A stretch of DNA of 32,000 nucleotides from Candidatus Copromonas faecavium (nom. illeg.) (GTDB lineage: Bacteria > Bacillota > Clostridia > Lachnospirales > Lachnospiraceae): the NCBI GenBank assembly GCA_018712915.1, contig DVGC01000058.1, forward strand, positions 21,091 through 53,090, given 5' to 3'. Below the pieces are notes generated by a model. That model was not told where the DNA came from. It made no database searches and saw only the letters and a list, made by a program, of their open reading frames with translations. Made by a program: the position numbers and the translations under genes. Positions 16,663 through 26,784 of the stretch are shown piece by piece; within the stretch, counting starts at the first letter, position 1, and each line of letters opens with the position of its first letter.

Positions 16663-17649
16663 TTACAGATAATGCGCTCTCAGTTCCTCACCGCTCTTTG
16701 CAGACAGATAAGCAGGCGGAATATCCAGAACAGTCTTGCATCCCTTTTGTCCTTCGTTTTTCATGCGGAAAGCAGCTCTCGCACAGGCCACAATCACCGA
16801 AGACGTAAATTCCGGATTGGAGTCCAGCTTTAAGCTGTATTCAATCACATGACGATGCTCCAGGTCCCAGCCGGTTCTTCCGCTGCGCAGCACAAAGCCG
16901 CCATGAGGCAGATTGGCATGATCCCGCTTCATCTCCTCTTCGGAAATAAAGTGCACCGTCGTGTCATAATCGGCAAAATAGTTGGGCATGGTTACAATTT
17001 CCTGCTCAATCTTTGCCTTATCCGCGCCTTCTTCGGCAACCACAAAGCATTCTCTCGTATGCTTCTGTCTCGTGGTCAGTTCCGGTGTTTCTCCGTTCCG
17101 GATAGCCTCCAGAACGCTCTCCACAGGAATTGTATACTGCCTTGCATCCTTCACTCCCGCAATTCTGCGGATGGCGTCGGAATGCCCCTGACTGACTCCT
17201 TTTCCCCAGAAAGTATAATCACAGCCATCCGGAAGAACCGCGTTTGCATAAACCCGGTTTAAAGAGAACATTCCCGGATCCCAGCCGGCCGAAATGACAG
17301 CCACATGTCCGGATGCTGACGCCGCCTCATCCACTGCAGCGAAATGCTCCGGAATCTTTGCATGGGTATCAAAGCTGTCCACTACGTTAAAATATTTCGC
17401 ATATTCCGGGGTCTGTACCGGAAGATCGGTCGCGCTTCCTCCGCAGAGAATCAGCACATCGATTTCTCCCGCCATATCTTTCGCCTCCGACGCAGAGCAT
17501 ACTTTTGTGCCCTCTGTCAGAATGCTTACCGTCTCCGGATTCCTTCTGGTAAATACGGCCTTCAGTTCCATATCAGGATTCTGTTTAATCGCGCACTCCA
17601 CACCCCGTCCCAGATTGCCGTATCCCATGATTCCGATTCTGATTGTCAT
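16663..17649 (-). CDS. ddh: meso-Diaminopimelate D-dehydrogenase
   Basis: 328 aa. N-terminal IRIGIMGYGNLGRGVE Rossmann motif, with WDPG and GVSQGHSDA strings characteristic of Ddh. GGAGGA SD. Confidence 0.85.
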   Translation of the reverse strand: MTIRIGIMGYGNLGRGVECAIKQNPDMELKAVFTRRNPETVSILTEGTKVCSASEAKDMAGEIDVLILCGGSATDLPVQTPEYAKYFNVVDSFDTHAKIPEHFAAVDEAASASGHVAVISAGWDPGMFSLNRVYANAVLPDGCDYTFWGKGVSQGHSDAIRRIAGVKDARQYTIPVESVLEAIRNGETPELTTRQKHTRECFVVAEEGADKAKIEQEIVTMPNYFADYDTTVHFISEEEMKRDHANLPHGGFVLRSGRTGWDLEHRHVIEYSLKLDSNPEFTSSVIVACARAAFRMKNEGQKGCKTVLDIPPAYLSAKSGEELRAHYL

Positions 17650-17711
17650 TCCAGTCGTTCCTCCGTTTCATTATAATTGCAATCCAATTGTATCAATGTC
17701 CCAATGCCATG

Positions 17712-19025
17712 TCAATTGATTTCCTTCCGCATAAAAAAGAAAACCAGCACCGCTGTCAAAAGCTCAGATACGGCCACCGTAACCCAGATTCCATTAACGC
17801 CGAACACCAGAGGAAGCAGAAAAACGAACACGCTGTTGAGAATGATTCCGCGCATCAGGGTACTGACCAGAGCCAGCTTCGGCTTCACCACCGACTGGAA
17901 ATAAGTACCGTACATAATATTCCAGGCTGCCGGAATAAACGCCGGAAAATAAAGGCGGACTGCAGGCACAGCCATGGCAAGAACCTCTTCTGTGGGGTCC
18001 AAAAACAGATAGGAAAGCTGAACGGGAAACAGCATCCCAATGACTGTAAACAGAACTCCGGCAAACAACGATGCCTTGATTCCAAGGCTTTTTGCTTCCC
18101 GGATCCGCTCCCATTTGCCTGCACCGAAGTTGGTGGAAAGCAGAGGCTGAGCCGCCTGGGCAATTCCGTTGGATACCGATTTTACCACCAGCGCCGCATT
18201 GCTGATAATTCCATACACCACCACACCGGTCTCCCCTACATAAGCCAGCAGCTGGCGGTTAAACACAAAGGTCACAAAGCCGCCGGATACTTCGAGAATG
18301 AAGCTTGCCAGCCCATTGGCGGCAATAGAAGCCGCCTGCCGGATGCTCACTTCCCGCACCAGCTTTAAATGATTTTCTTTGGAGAAAAAGTGGGTGATAA
18401 GAATCAGAACCGTCAGTGCCGTTCCTATGGCCGTTGCCAGGGCAGCTCCTGCCATTCCCTGATCCAGGGTAAAAATAAACACGTAATCCAGAACCACATT
18501 GGTAACTCCTCCGCTGATCACCCCTGCCATAGCCAGACGGGGAGCTCCGTCATTGCGCACAAAGGCCTGAAGGAAAGAGGAAAATACAAACAGCGGCGAC
18601 GCGTACACCAGCACCAGTCCATAGGGAACGGAATACTGATGGAGGGACGGTGTATCGCCAAGAATCTTCAAAAGCGGTTCAAAAAAAAGACCGCAGAGCC
18701 CGATACAGGCGGCTGCCAGAATCACAGCCAGCAAAAGGGCGGTGGTAAAATAGCTCCGTGCCGCATGCTCGTCCCCTTTTCCTCTGGAGAATCCAAACAG
18801 GACGCTGCCTCCTACTCCGCACATCATTCCAATTCCATAATACGCACTGTATAAAGGCAGCAAAAGATTAAGGGCGGCAATACCGGAAGCCCCCACGCCC
18901 CGGCCAATCATCATGGTATCGGCCAAAATATAAATGGATGTCACCAGCGTGGCGCTGACCGACGGCGCCAGGTAACTGAAGAACACCCGGCGAATGGGGT
19001 CTTCCAGCATATTCGTCTGTCTCAT
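17712..19025 (-). CDS. MATE family efflux transporter
   Basis: 437 aa, 12-TM pattern. N-terminal LAP.....L..S.Y...D...IGRGVG is MATE-like. Confidence 0.8.
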   Translation of the reverse strand: MRQTNMLEDPIRRVFFSYLAPSVSATLVTSIYILADTMMIGRGVGASGIAALNLLLPLYSAYYGIGMMCGVGGSVLFGFSRGKGDEHAARSYFTTALLLAVILAAACIGLCGLFFEPLLKILGDTPSLHQYSVPYGLVLVYASPLFVFSSFLQAFVRNDGAPRLAMAGVISGGVTNVVLDYVFIFTLDQGMAGAALATAIGTALTVLILITHFFSKENHLKLVREVSIRQAASIAANGLASFILEVSGGFVTFVFNRQLLAYVGETGVVVYGIISNAALVVKSVSNGIAQAAQPLLSTNFGAGKWERIREAKSLGIKASLFAGVLFTVIGMLFPVQLSYLFLDPTEEVLAMAVPAVRLYFPAFIPAAWNIMYGTYFQSVVKPKLALVSTLMRGIILNSVFVFLLPLVFGVNGIWVTVAVSELLTAVLVFFFMRKEIN

Positions 19026-19039
19026 AAGTAAAACCTCAA

Positions 19040-19732
19040 TTATTCTGCAAGATTAAAATTTGTGTCACTGTATCCCATCAGGATATCCGCCAGATTCTCT
19101 CCATATTCATCCGCAAAATCCTGCAGGACCTGGCGGCCGGCAGCCTCTCCTTCCGCACCGAAGATCGCTCCGGAAATCTCGTAAAAGGACCAGTAAAGAT
19201 GAGCACAATGATATTCAAAAGAACGAAGTCCGGCCAGATTCTTATCCAGCTTGGAGTTCTCCGTAATCCCTGCATTTTTTACTGTCTGAATACAGTAATC
19301 ATGATCATGAAGAGTCTGCGTCACCAGATACTCCTGTTCCGGATTAAACCCCCGGCTGATGGACGCATCCAAATCGCGGCAGTAAGCCAGCCCTGCTTCC
19401 TTAAGCCCCATCTCTTTAAACTGAGAATGCCAGGGACATGCAAAAATATGCATCTCATAATCCGGACTCATGCTGGCAATTTCCGTGCGGTTGGCCAGCC
19501 CCATTTGACGAATTTCTTCCGTATTCACCCACTCGCCATAGCGGCAGTAGTTCTCGTAAGTCAGTTCTTTTCCGTCCCGGATTGCCCGCTGAGCCATCCG
19601 GCGTCCTCTCTGCTCCCCATAATATCTGGTGGCATGAAGGAACGCGGCCTTTCCTCTCTCCCCGAATTTTTCCGTCAGATGCACATAGTATTTGGCGGCC
19701 AGAAACGCATGTGTTCTTTCATTAAATCCCAT
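19040..19732 (-). CDS. L-2-amino-thiazoline-4-carboxylic acid hydrolase-like protein (family assignment tentative)
   Basis: 230 aa counted from ATG 19732 (AAGGAGG SD 7 nt upstream; the longer ORF-track start lacks an SD). Soluble, with CPW and YC motifs. The family name is recalled, not verified. The stop lies only 14 nt from the downstream MATE start. Confidence 0.45.
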   Translation of the reverse strand: MGFNERTHAFLAAKYYVHLTEKFGERGKAAFLHATRYYGEQRGRRMAQRAIRDGKELTYENYCRYGEWVNTEEIRQMGLANRTEIASMSPDYEMHIFACPWHSQFKEMGLKEAGLAYCRDLDASISRGFNPEQEYLVTQTLHDHDYCIQTVKNAGITENSKLDKNLAGLRSFEYHCAHLYWSFYEISGAIFGAEGEAAGRQVLQDFADEYGENLADILMGYSDTNFNLAE

Positions 19733-19771
19733 AAAAAACCTCCTTGAATCCTGATAAAAGTTTCCCTGCTT

Positions 19772-19807
19772 CGCTATAAAATCCCCTGCAGCCGTTCGCA
19801 GGGGATT
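19772..19807 (-). terminator. Rho-independent terminator after rsmA
   Basis: AATCCCCTGC / GCAGGGGATT 10-bp stem followed by TTATAGCG on the minus strand. Confidence 0.6.
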
Positions 19808-19917
19808 GATCCTCAGCTTACTCCAATTCCAGTCCTTTTTCCCTGGAGCCAACCATTCAGCTTTTGGCACCTCTTTCCGGTTATGACCGTACTTCTGCTT
19901 CCCGAAGGCTCGCCCCT

Positions 19918-20793
19918 CTAAAAATCGCCGGACTCTTCCAGAAGGTCAGACAAAGCCGCAAACTGAGGAAGGGTCAGTGCCTCTCCCCGGACAGCCGCAG
20001 GAAGCCCCAGCTTTTCCAGAGCATAGGATATCTGCTCTTTGGAAAAAGAAAGCTCCGGAGCATTTCCAAGACTGTTCTGCAGTGTTTTCCTCCGCTGATT
20101 GAATGAAGCCCGAATCAGCTGAAACATCAGCTTCGGATGCTTCACCTGTACCGGCGGCTCTGCATGCCTGGTAAGGCGGATGACCGCAGAACCCACATTG
20201 GGTCTGGGAATAAAGCAGTTGGGCGGAACGTTGGCCACAATTTCCGGTTCTGCATAATACTGAACCGCCAGAGAAAGGGCACCATAATCCTTGGAACCAG
20301 GCCCCACCATCATCCGTTCAGCCACCTCTTTCTGGACCATCACCGTAATGGTATCCACCGGAGCATCCCCTTCAAGCAGCCCCATGACAATCGGTGTTGT
20401 AATATAGTAGGGCAAATTGGCCACCACCTTCAATGGCTTTCCTCCATGATACGTTTCCGCAATCTGCCGGATATCTGTTTTCATAATATCCGCATTGATT
20501 ACCGTCACATTGTCAAGCCCTTCCAGCGTCTCCTCAAGAATCGGGATCAGATTCCGGTCAATCTCCACGGCCACCACGCGGCCGGCGGTTTCCGCCAGAT
20601 ACTGGGTCAGGGTTCCGATTCCCGGCCCGATCTCCAGCACACAGTCCTCCTTCGTCACTCCGGCGGCGTTTATAATTTTTTCCAGCACATGAGGATCGAT
20701 CAGAAAGTTCTGACCGAACTTTTTCTGGAACATGAATCCATGCTTCTGAATTGTCTCAATGGTCTGTTTTGGATTTCCCAGTTTTTTCTCCAT
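19918..20793 (-). CDS. rsmA: 16S rRNA (adenine1518/1519-N6)-dimethyltransferase
   Basis: 291 aa counted from ATG 20793 (AGGGAGGA SD). KKFGQNFLID, VLEIGPGIGTLT (SAM motif) and NLPYYITTPI are KsgA signatures. Confidence 0.9.
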   Translation of the reverse strand: MEKKLGNPKQTIETIQKHGFMFQKKFGQNFLIDPHVLEKIINAAGVTKEDCVLEIGPGIGTLTQYLAETAGRVVAVEIDRNLIPILEETLEGLDNVTVINADIMKTDIRQIAETYHGGKPLKVVANLPYYITTPIVMGLLEGDAPVDTITVMVQKEVAERMMVGPGSKDYGALSLAVQYYAEPEIVANVPPNCFIPRPNVGSAVIRLTRHAEPPVQVKHPKLMFQLIRASFNQRRKTLQNSLGNAPELSFSKEQISYALEKLGLPAAVRGEALTLPQFAALSDLLEESGDF

Positions 20794-21661
20794 AATCCTC
20801 CCTGCTGCCTGTTTTCCGGCAAAGTTCAAAACCGGCACCAACCGGCAGTATCCGCGGCAATCCCGGATTCTGCCAACCAGATTCTTTCCCTTCCAGCCGG
20901 TACAGCCGGACGGCATTTTCAGCGGTCTGCCGGATAACCTCCTCCTCAGAAACGTCCTTAATCTCCGCAAGAGCCTTCACTACATAAGGAAGCTTCAGCG
21001 AAGAATTTCGTTTCCCCCGTTCAGGCACCGGTGAAAGATAGGGGCTGTCCGTTTCCAGAACCAGCCGGGAAAGCGGGGCATATTCCGCCACCTCTTTCAG
21101 CTTCTTCGCATTCTGAAACGTCAGGACGCCTCCAATACCAAGGTAATATCCCATATCCAGGTATTCCCTGGCCATTTCCACTCCATAAGAAAAGCAGTGA
21201 ATCACCCCGCCGGAGATTCTGCTCTGTTCCGCTTTCATAATATCCAGTGTATCCTTCGCAGCTTCCCGGCTGTGAATCACCACAGGAAGCCCGGTTTCCC
21301 CCGCAATCTCCAGCTGTCTGACAAACCATTTCTTCTGGATTTCCCGTTCCGGCTCATCCCAGTGATAATCCAGCCCGATCTCACCGATGGCCACGACTTT
21401 TTCCTCTCCGGCAATTTGTTTCAGCCAGTCCATGTCCTTTTCCGTCAGCTCCCCCGTCTCATTCGGATGAATGCCTACGGCTGCATAAAGGAACGGATAC
21501 CGCTTCGCAAGGGCCAGTGTCGTCCCGCAGGAAGACAAGCTGGCCCCAATGTTTACCACCGTTCCGATTCCATGTTCTCTGAGACCGGAAAGAATCTCCT
21601 CCCGGTCCCCGTCAAACGCCTCATCATCATAATGTGCATGCGTATCAAAAATCAGGTTCAT
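20756..21661 (-). CDS. tatD: TatD-family metal-dependent hydrolase, with ~44-aa C-terminal extension
   Basis: N-terminal IFDTHAHYDDEAF and the HSR and ETDSPYL motifs. The ORF runs ~44 codons past the usual ...NAVRLYRL end and overlaps the rsmA start by 38 nt. Confidence 0.85.
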   Translation of the reverse strand: MNLIFDTHAHYDDEAFDGDREEILSGLREHGIGTVVNIGASLSSCGTTLALAKRYPFLYAAVGIHPNETGELTEKDMDWLKQIAGEEKVVAIGEIGLDYHWDEPEREIQKKWFVRQLEIAGETGLPVVIHSREAAKDTLDIMKAEQSRISGGVIHCFSYGVEMAREYLDMGYYLGIGGVLTFQNAKKLKEVAEYAPLSRLVLETDSPYLSPVPERGKRNSSLKLPYVVKALAEIKDVSEEEVIRQTAENAVRLYRLEGKESGWQNPGLPRILPVGAGFELCRKTGSREDYGEKTGKSKTDH

Positions 21662-21689
21662 ATCTGTGTCTGCGCTCCTTAAAAGCCGT

Positions 21690-23705
21690 TTACCGGACTT
21701 CAGAACCGGACTTGATGTCTTTTTCCGGAGACATCAGCGCCAGATTTCCTTCATCGTCCTCGGCACAGAGAATCATGCCTTCCGACATCATTCCCGCCAG
21801 CTTGGCCGGCTTTAAGTTGGTTACCACCATCACCTTTCTTCCGACCATATCTTCCGGCTTGTACCACGCCTTGATTCCGCTTAAGATCTGTCTGGTTTCA
21901 GATCCGATCTTCACCTGAGAGCAGAGCAGCTTCTTGGACTTCGGAACTGCCTCGCATTTTACAATCTCGCCAATCTGGAACTGGAGTTTTGCGAAATCAT
22001 CATAAGTAATCTCTGGTTTCTTTTCCACGTCCATGCCATCCTGGCTGCCGCCCTCTTCACCGGCTGTTTCTCCTGGTTTTCCGCATCCGTTTTCCTGGTT
22101 CTTTCCGGCAGCTTCCGCTTCGGCTGCCTTCATGGCCTCCACTTTCTCCAGCACGTCCTTGATGTCCATACGGGCAAACAGAATCTCCGGCTTCTCCACC
22201 ACCTTATTTCCATTCGGATAAAGACCAAACCGATCCATCTCATCCAGTCCCCGCTTTCCGGTTCCCAGCTGAGTCAGAATCTTCCCTGAAGTGGAAGGCA
22301 TAAACGAATACAGCAGGGAAGCACCGATGGTAATGGATTCTGTCAGGTTATAAAGGACGGTAGCCAGACGATCCTTCTTTGCCTCATCCTTCGCCAGCGC
22401 CCAGGGCATCGTCTCGTCAATATATTTATTGCTGCGCCGGAAAATATTAAAGATTTCCGAAATGGCATCCGCCACACGCAGACGGTTCATCTTCTCATCT
22501 GTTTTCTGAACTGCTTCCAGAACCACAGACTTCAAATCCTCATCCACTTCCTCGCACACGTTCCGGTTCTCCACAACGCCGCCGAAATATTTATTGGTCA
22601 TGGAAACCGTACGGTTTACCAGATTGCCAAGGATATTGGCCAGATCCGAGTTCATCCGCTCCACCATCAGTTCCCAGGTAATCACACCATCATTGTCAAA
22701 CGGCATTTCATGCAGTACGAAATAGCGAACTGCATCCACACCGAAAAAGTCCACCAGCGTATCTGCATAAAGGACATTTCCCTTGGATTTGCTCATCTTT
22801 CCGTCTCCCTGTAAAAGCCAGGGATGTCCGAACACCTGCTTGGGAAGAGGCAGGCCCAGTGCCATCAGAAAGATCGGCCAGTAAATCGTATGGAACCGGA
22901 TAATGTCTTTTCCAATCAGATGAAGATCCGCCGGCCAGTATTTCTTAAACTTCTCGTCATGTTCTCCATCGCAGTCATAACCGATTCCCGTAATGTAGTT
23001 TGTCAGCGCATCCAGCCACACATAGGTTACATGCTTGGGATCAAATTCCACCGGGATGCCCCATGTAAAGGAAGTTCTGGATACACACAGATCCTGCAGG
23101 CCCGGAAGAAGGAAATTATTCATCATCTCATTTTTCCTGGAAACCGGCTGGATAAATTCCGGATGCTCATTGATATACTCAATCAGTTTGGGCGCATATT
23201 TGCTCATACGGAAGAAATATGCTTCCTCCCTGGCTGGCTGCACCGGGCGTCCGCAGTCCGGGCATTTGCCGTCCACAACCTGAGACGGAGTCCAGAAGGA
23301 TTCACAGGGCGTGCAGTATAATCCTTCATAATGTCCCTTATAAATATCTCCCTGATCATACAGTTTTTTAAAGATTTTCTGAACCTGCTTCTCGTGATAC
23401 GTGTCTGTGGTTCTGATAAATTTATCATAAGAGGTGTCCATCAGATCCCAGATTCTCTTAATTTCTCCAGCCACCTGGTCCACAAATTCTTTCGGGGTAA
23501 CTCCTGCCTCCCCGGCCTTTAATTCTATTTTCTGCCCATGCTCATCGGTTCCTGTCTGGAAATAAACATCATATCCCTGTTCTCTTTTATAGCGGGCAAT
23601 GGCATCTGCCAGTACAATTTCATACGTATTTCCAATGTGCGGCTTGCCGGAAGTATAGGCAATCGCCGTCGAAATATAATACGGTTTTTTACAGTCCTTG
23701 CACAT
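21690..23705 (-). CDS. metG: Methionine--tRNA ligase with C-terminal tRNA-binding (EMAP/Trbp111-like) domain
   Basis: 671 aa. HIGN (HIGH-like) and KMSKS motifs, a CPDCG zinc knuckle, and a C-terminal F.KLQFQIGEIV...KKLL OB-fold. GGAGGAGGG SD. Confidence 0.92.
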   Translation of the reverse strand: MCKDCKKPYYISTAIAYTSGKPHIGNTYEIVLADAIARYKREQGYDVYFQTGTDEHGQKIELKAGEAGVTPKEFVDQVAGEIKRIWDLMDTSYDKFIRTTDTYHEKQVQKIFKKLYDQGDIYKGHYEGLYCTPCESFWTPSQVVDGKCPDCGRPVQPAREEAYFFRMSKYAPKLIEYINEHPEFIQPVSRKNEMMNNFLLPGLQDLCVSRTSFTWGIPVEFDPKHVTYVWLDALTNYITGIGYDCDGEHDEKFKKYWPADLHLIGKDIIRFHTIYWPIFLMALGLPLPKQVFGHPWLLQGDGKMSKSKGNVLYADTLVDFFGVDAVRYFVLHEMPFDNDGVITWELMVERMNSDLANILGNLVNRTVSMTNKYFGGVVENRNVCEEVDEDLKSVVLEAVQKTDEKMNRLRVADAISEIFNIFRRSNKYIDETMPWALAKDEAKKDRLATVLYNLTESITIGASLLYSFMPSTSGKILTQLGTGKRGLDEMDRFGLYPNGNKVVEKPEILFARMDIKDVLEKVEAMKAAEAEAAGKNQENGCGKPGETAGEEGGSQDGMDVEKKPEITYDDFAKLQFQIGEIVKCEAVPKSKKLLCSQVKIGSETRQILSGIKAWYKPEDMVGRKVMVVTNLKPAKLAGMMSEGMILCAEDDEGNLALMSPEKDIKSGSEVR

Positions 23706-23771
23706 TCTGGTCCCTCCTCCGTTTCTGTCACCATCCGGCCTTTTTGGGCCGTCTATGTTCTTTCTGTTCCT

Positions 23772-23800
23772 AATCTATCTGTTTCCCTGGTTTTTGTCAA
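23772..23800 (-). promoter_or_regulatory. Putative metG promoter (TTGACA-17 nt-TAGATT)
   Basis: On the minus strand the -35 is at 23795-23800 and the -10 at 23772-23777. The ~60-nt leader is too short for a T-box. Confidence 0.55.
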
Positions 23801-24012
23801 GCATTGGCAGAGAAAAAGCGGATATATGGGGATATCCTTCTTCTTTTTTCCATATATTGGTAAAAAATACTGTCTGACGGCTGTCATCTGTCAGGAGTCT
23901 GTTCCCGGCTCCGCTTTCAAAAACCGGTACCGCCGCATCCTGGTTTGTCCGGAAAAACATAACGGCAAACTGGAAGCAGATGTCCGCCTGTGCAGTTTAT
24001 GGAGGATTTTTT

Positions 24013-25896
24013 ATGTACACTCTGCAAGCCTGTCCATACCGAAAGAACGGCCAGTCCCGCCTGCGGTATGTTTTATATCTGGCAGCTTTTGTATGTTTTC
24101 TTCTCCTTTTTCTTACCGGATGCAGAAGAGAACGGCTGATTCAGCCCCATGACGGAGAAACCGGAGCGTTCTGCCTTGCCTCGGAGTCTTCCCGCGAGCA
24201 TCCGGAGGAAGCCGTGCAGACCCAGGCTCAGGCAGCCTTTCAGCAATTTACGGAGCAGATATTCCGGGAAGAACTCTCTGCCGCTTCCACTCTGGACTTA
24301 CACTACACACTGGCTTATCCGGAGCGCTTCGGAATCGAAGCCGGAACTCCCACGCTGGGATCTTACAGCCTGACCGGTTTAATAGAAGCATCTGCCGCGG
24401 CAGAAGATTTGAAAGAACAGCTGGAAGAATTTGACCCCTCCCTTCTTTCTCCAAAGCAGCAGGTACTTTATGACACACTGAAGGAATCTCTGAATACAAC
24501 CCTGATGGCCAAAGGCCTGGAGCTTTACGAGCAGCCGCTGGCCCCCACCATCGGCACGCAGGCCCAGCTTCCCATTCTGCTTTCTGAATATGCTTTCTAC
24601 TCCAGGGAAGATGTGGATGACTATCTGGCACTGATAGAAGAAACCGATGAATATTTTCGTCAGCTTCTTGTCTTTGAAAACCAGAAAGCTGAAGCAGGCC
24701 TTGCCCCTTCTGATTCCTCCATCGACGGCATCATTGCCTCCTGCGAAAGCTATCTGATCGATCCGGAAAACAATTTTCTGACAGAAACCTTTGAAACCCG
24801 CCTGGCAGAACTGGAGTCTTCCGTTCCTCTTACACAGGAAGAAAAAGACGGCTGCCGTATGCGCCATGCTGCCGCCATCCGCGATCATTTTATTCCCGCC
24901 TATCAGCTGCTCATTGACGGGATGAACAGCCTCAAAGGGAAGGGCATCCAGGATGGAGGGCTCTGCGGCCTAAAGGATGGGCGGCAGTATTATGAGTATC
25001 TGGTAAAATCCGGCCCTGGCCTTTCCTATTCCATACCGGAGCTGAAAAAGGCCCTGGCAGAAAAAATGGAAAAAGATCTGGAAACCCTTGGGCGCCTCTT
25101 TGAAGAAAATCCCTCGCCGGATGTAATGGACGCCGCGTTTTCCCTGGCGGATCCCCAGATGATTCTGGAAGACTTAAAGCAGCAGATGACGGGACGTTTC
25201 CCGGAAATTCCTGACTGTACATATGAAATCCGGTATGTACCCCAATATCTGGAAGAAACTCTGAGCCCGGCTTTCTATCTGACGGCTCCTGCAGACAATC
25301 TGAATCGGAATATTATCTATATCAACAATGGCTATTCCGACAGTACCGACAGTCTCTACACGACTCTGGCTCACGAAGGATTTCCCGGCCATCTGTACCA
25401 GACCGTCTACAGCCGCTTCCATGCCGAAAGTCCGCTGGCCGCCATTTTAAGCTGTTCCGGCGCCAACGAAGGCTGGGCCACCTATGTGGAAAATCTGGCC
25501 TGCCAGTTTGATAACGGACTGCCTGAAGGTGCGGGACAGTACCGGGCCTGCCTGCGCTCCTTTTCTCTCTGCGCCTATGGTCTTTTGGATATTGGTATTC
25601 ATTATGACGGGTGGAGCAAAGAGCAGGCCGCCCAGTTTATTCAAACCTGGTTTCAAGCTGAAGAATCCGTCACAGATGAAATCTGGCAAACCATTCTTGA
25701 CGCTCCCGCCAACTATCTGGAATATGCCGGAGGCTATGTAGAACTGATGGAAATGCGTGAGGAAGCAGAACAACGGCTGGGCGATGATTTTTCCGAAAAG
25801 GAATTTCATACCTTTTATCTGGATTTGGGTCCCGTTCCCTTTTCCGTTGCCAGGAAATATTTTTCCCTCTGGCTTTCCCAACATCCTGGCGCTTAA
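24013..25896 (+). CDS. DUF885-family lipoprotein (metallopeptidase-like fold)
   Basis: 627 aa counted from ATG 24013 (GGAGGA SD). Lipobox LLFLTGC, and the HEGFPGHLYQ motif typical of DUF885. Confidence 0.75.
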   Translation: MYTLQACPYRKNGQSRLRYVLYLAAFVCFLLLFLTGCRRERLIQPHDGETGAFCLASESSREHPEEAVQTQAQAAFQQFTEQIFREELSAASTLDLHYTLAYPERFGIEAGTPTLGSYSLTGLIEASAAAEDLKEQLEEFDPSLLSPKQQVLYDTLKESLNTTLMAKGLELYEQPLAPTIGTQAQLPILLSEYAFYSREDVDDYLALIEETDEYFRQLLVFENQKAEAGLAPSDSSIDGIIASCESYLIDPENNFLTETFETRLAELESSVPLTQEEKDGCRMRHAAAIRDHFIPAYQLLIDGMNSLKGKGIQDGGLCGLKDGRQYYEYLVKSGPGLSYSIPELKKALAEKMEKDLETLGRLFEENPSPDVMDAAFSLADPQMILEDLKQQMTGRFPEIPDCTYEIRYVPQYLEETLSPAFYLTAPADNLNRNIIYINNGYSDSTDSLYTTLAHEGFPGHLYQTVYSRFHAESPLAAILSCSGANEGWATYVENLACQFDNGLPEGAGQYRACLRSFSLCAYGLLDIGIHYDGWSKEQAAQFIQTWFQAEESVTDEIWQTILDAPANYLEYAGGYVELMEMREEAEQRLGDDFSEKEFHTFYLDLGPVPFSVARKYFSLWLSQHPGA

Positions 25897-25979
25897 AAGA
25901 TCCCAATATTCCGATGCCTGAAAGAGCACTGGACAATTCCTCCAATTTTAGTTAAGATAATCATAAAGGAGGGATTCCT

Positions 25980-26501
25980 ATGAACGAAGTCATGCAAAAT
26001 ATTTTAACCAGAAGAAGTGTCCGTAAATTTACAGACGAACCAATCCCCAAAGACATTCTGGAGGATCTGGTAAACGCAGCTCTCCATGCTCCCAGCGGTA
26101 AGGGCCGCCAGACATGGAAGTTCACCGTTATTACTAACAAAGATGCCATCTCCCGCCTGGTGGATGCCATCGGAACGGAATTAAAACGAAACGGTTACGA
26201 TATGTACCATCCAACCGCTATCATTATGCCATCCAATATCCGTGACGGGATCTGGAGCAAAGAGGATAATGCCTGCGCCCTGGAAAATATTTTCCTGGCA
26301 GCTCATTCCTATGGCATCGGCTCTGTCTGGATCAATCAGATGCAGAATATCTGCGATACGCCGGCCATCCGGACCATTCTGAATGATTTTGGTGTTCCGG
26401 AGGATCATGTGGTCTTTGGCCTGGCTGCCCTCGGATATCCGGCTCCTGATGCCCCCATCGCTCCAATCAAACGTACCGGAACTGTTTCCTATATTGAATA
26501 G
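25980..26501 (+). CDS. Nitroreductase family protein
   Basis: 173 aa. N-terminal RRSVRKFTDEPIP and the PS..G.Q.W.F pattern. AAAGGAGGG SD. Confidence 0.85.
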   Translation: MNEVMQNILTRRSVRKFTDEPIPKDILEDLVNAALHAPSGKGRQTWKFTVITNKDAISRLVDAIGTELKRNGYDMYHPTAIIMPSNIRDGIWSKEDNACALENIFLAAHSYGIGSVWINQMQNICDTPAIRTILNDFGVPEDHVVFGLAALGYPAPDAPIAPIKRTGTVSYIE

Positions 26502-26624
26502 CACTGCCGTTTGCACCGCCGGCAGAAAGACAGGAAATGCAGAGTTCCCGAATTTAATAAGGGAATCATATCAATAAGCACGCGATATCCTGGCTTCTGA
26601 CAAATATTTAAGAACTATCCGGAA

Positions 26625-26670
26625 AAGCGCCGCTTTATCGTTCTTCAACGATCTGGCGGCGCTTCTTTTG
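26625..26670. terminator. Bidirectional terminator between the convergent nitroreductase genes
   Basis: AAGCGCCGC / GCGGCGCTT 9-bp stem with an inner ATCGTT/AACGAT stem. CTTTTG follows on the plus strand and TTTTCC on the minus strand. Confidence 0.65.
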
Positions 26671-26784
26671 TATCTGAATGGTTCGTATTCCGTTTTTCCT
26701 GCAGAAGATCTATTTTACAGGAATCAAAAATCTGCTCGGCTCATCTATGACAGATATTCCAAAGCTTCATGGTCTCCAAACGCA

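Noticed and set aside
23706-23980. T-box leader upstream of metG, a cre-like TTGAAAGCGGAGCC element, and the ATATATGG/CCATATAT inverted repeat (23823-23858)
   Set aside because: The TTGACA-17-TAGATT promoter leaves only a ~60-nt leader, with no specifier loop or T-box sequence. The cre-like site and the 8-bp inverted repeat lie upstream of the -35 and are too weak to call without a PWM scan.
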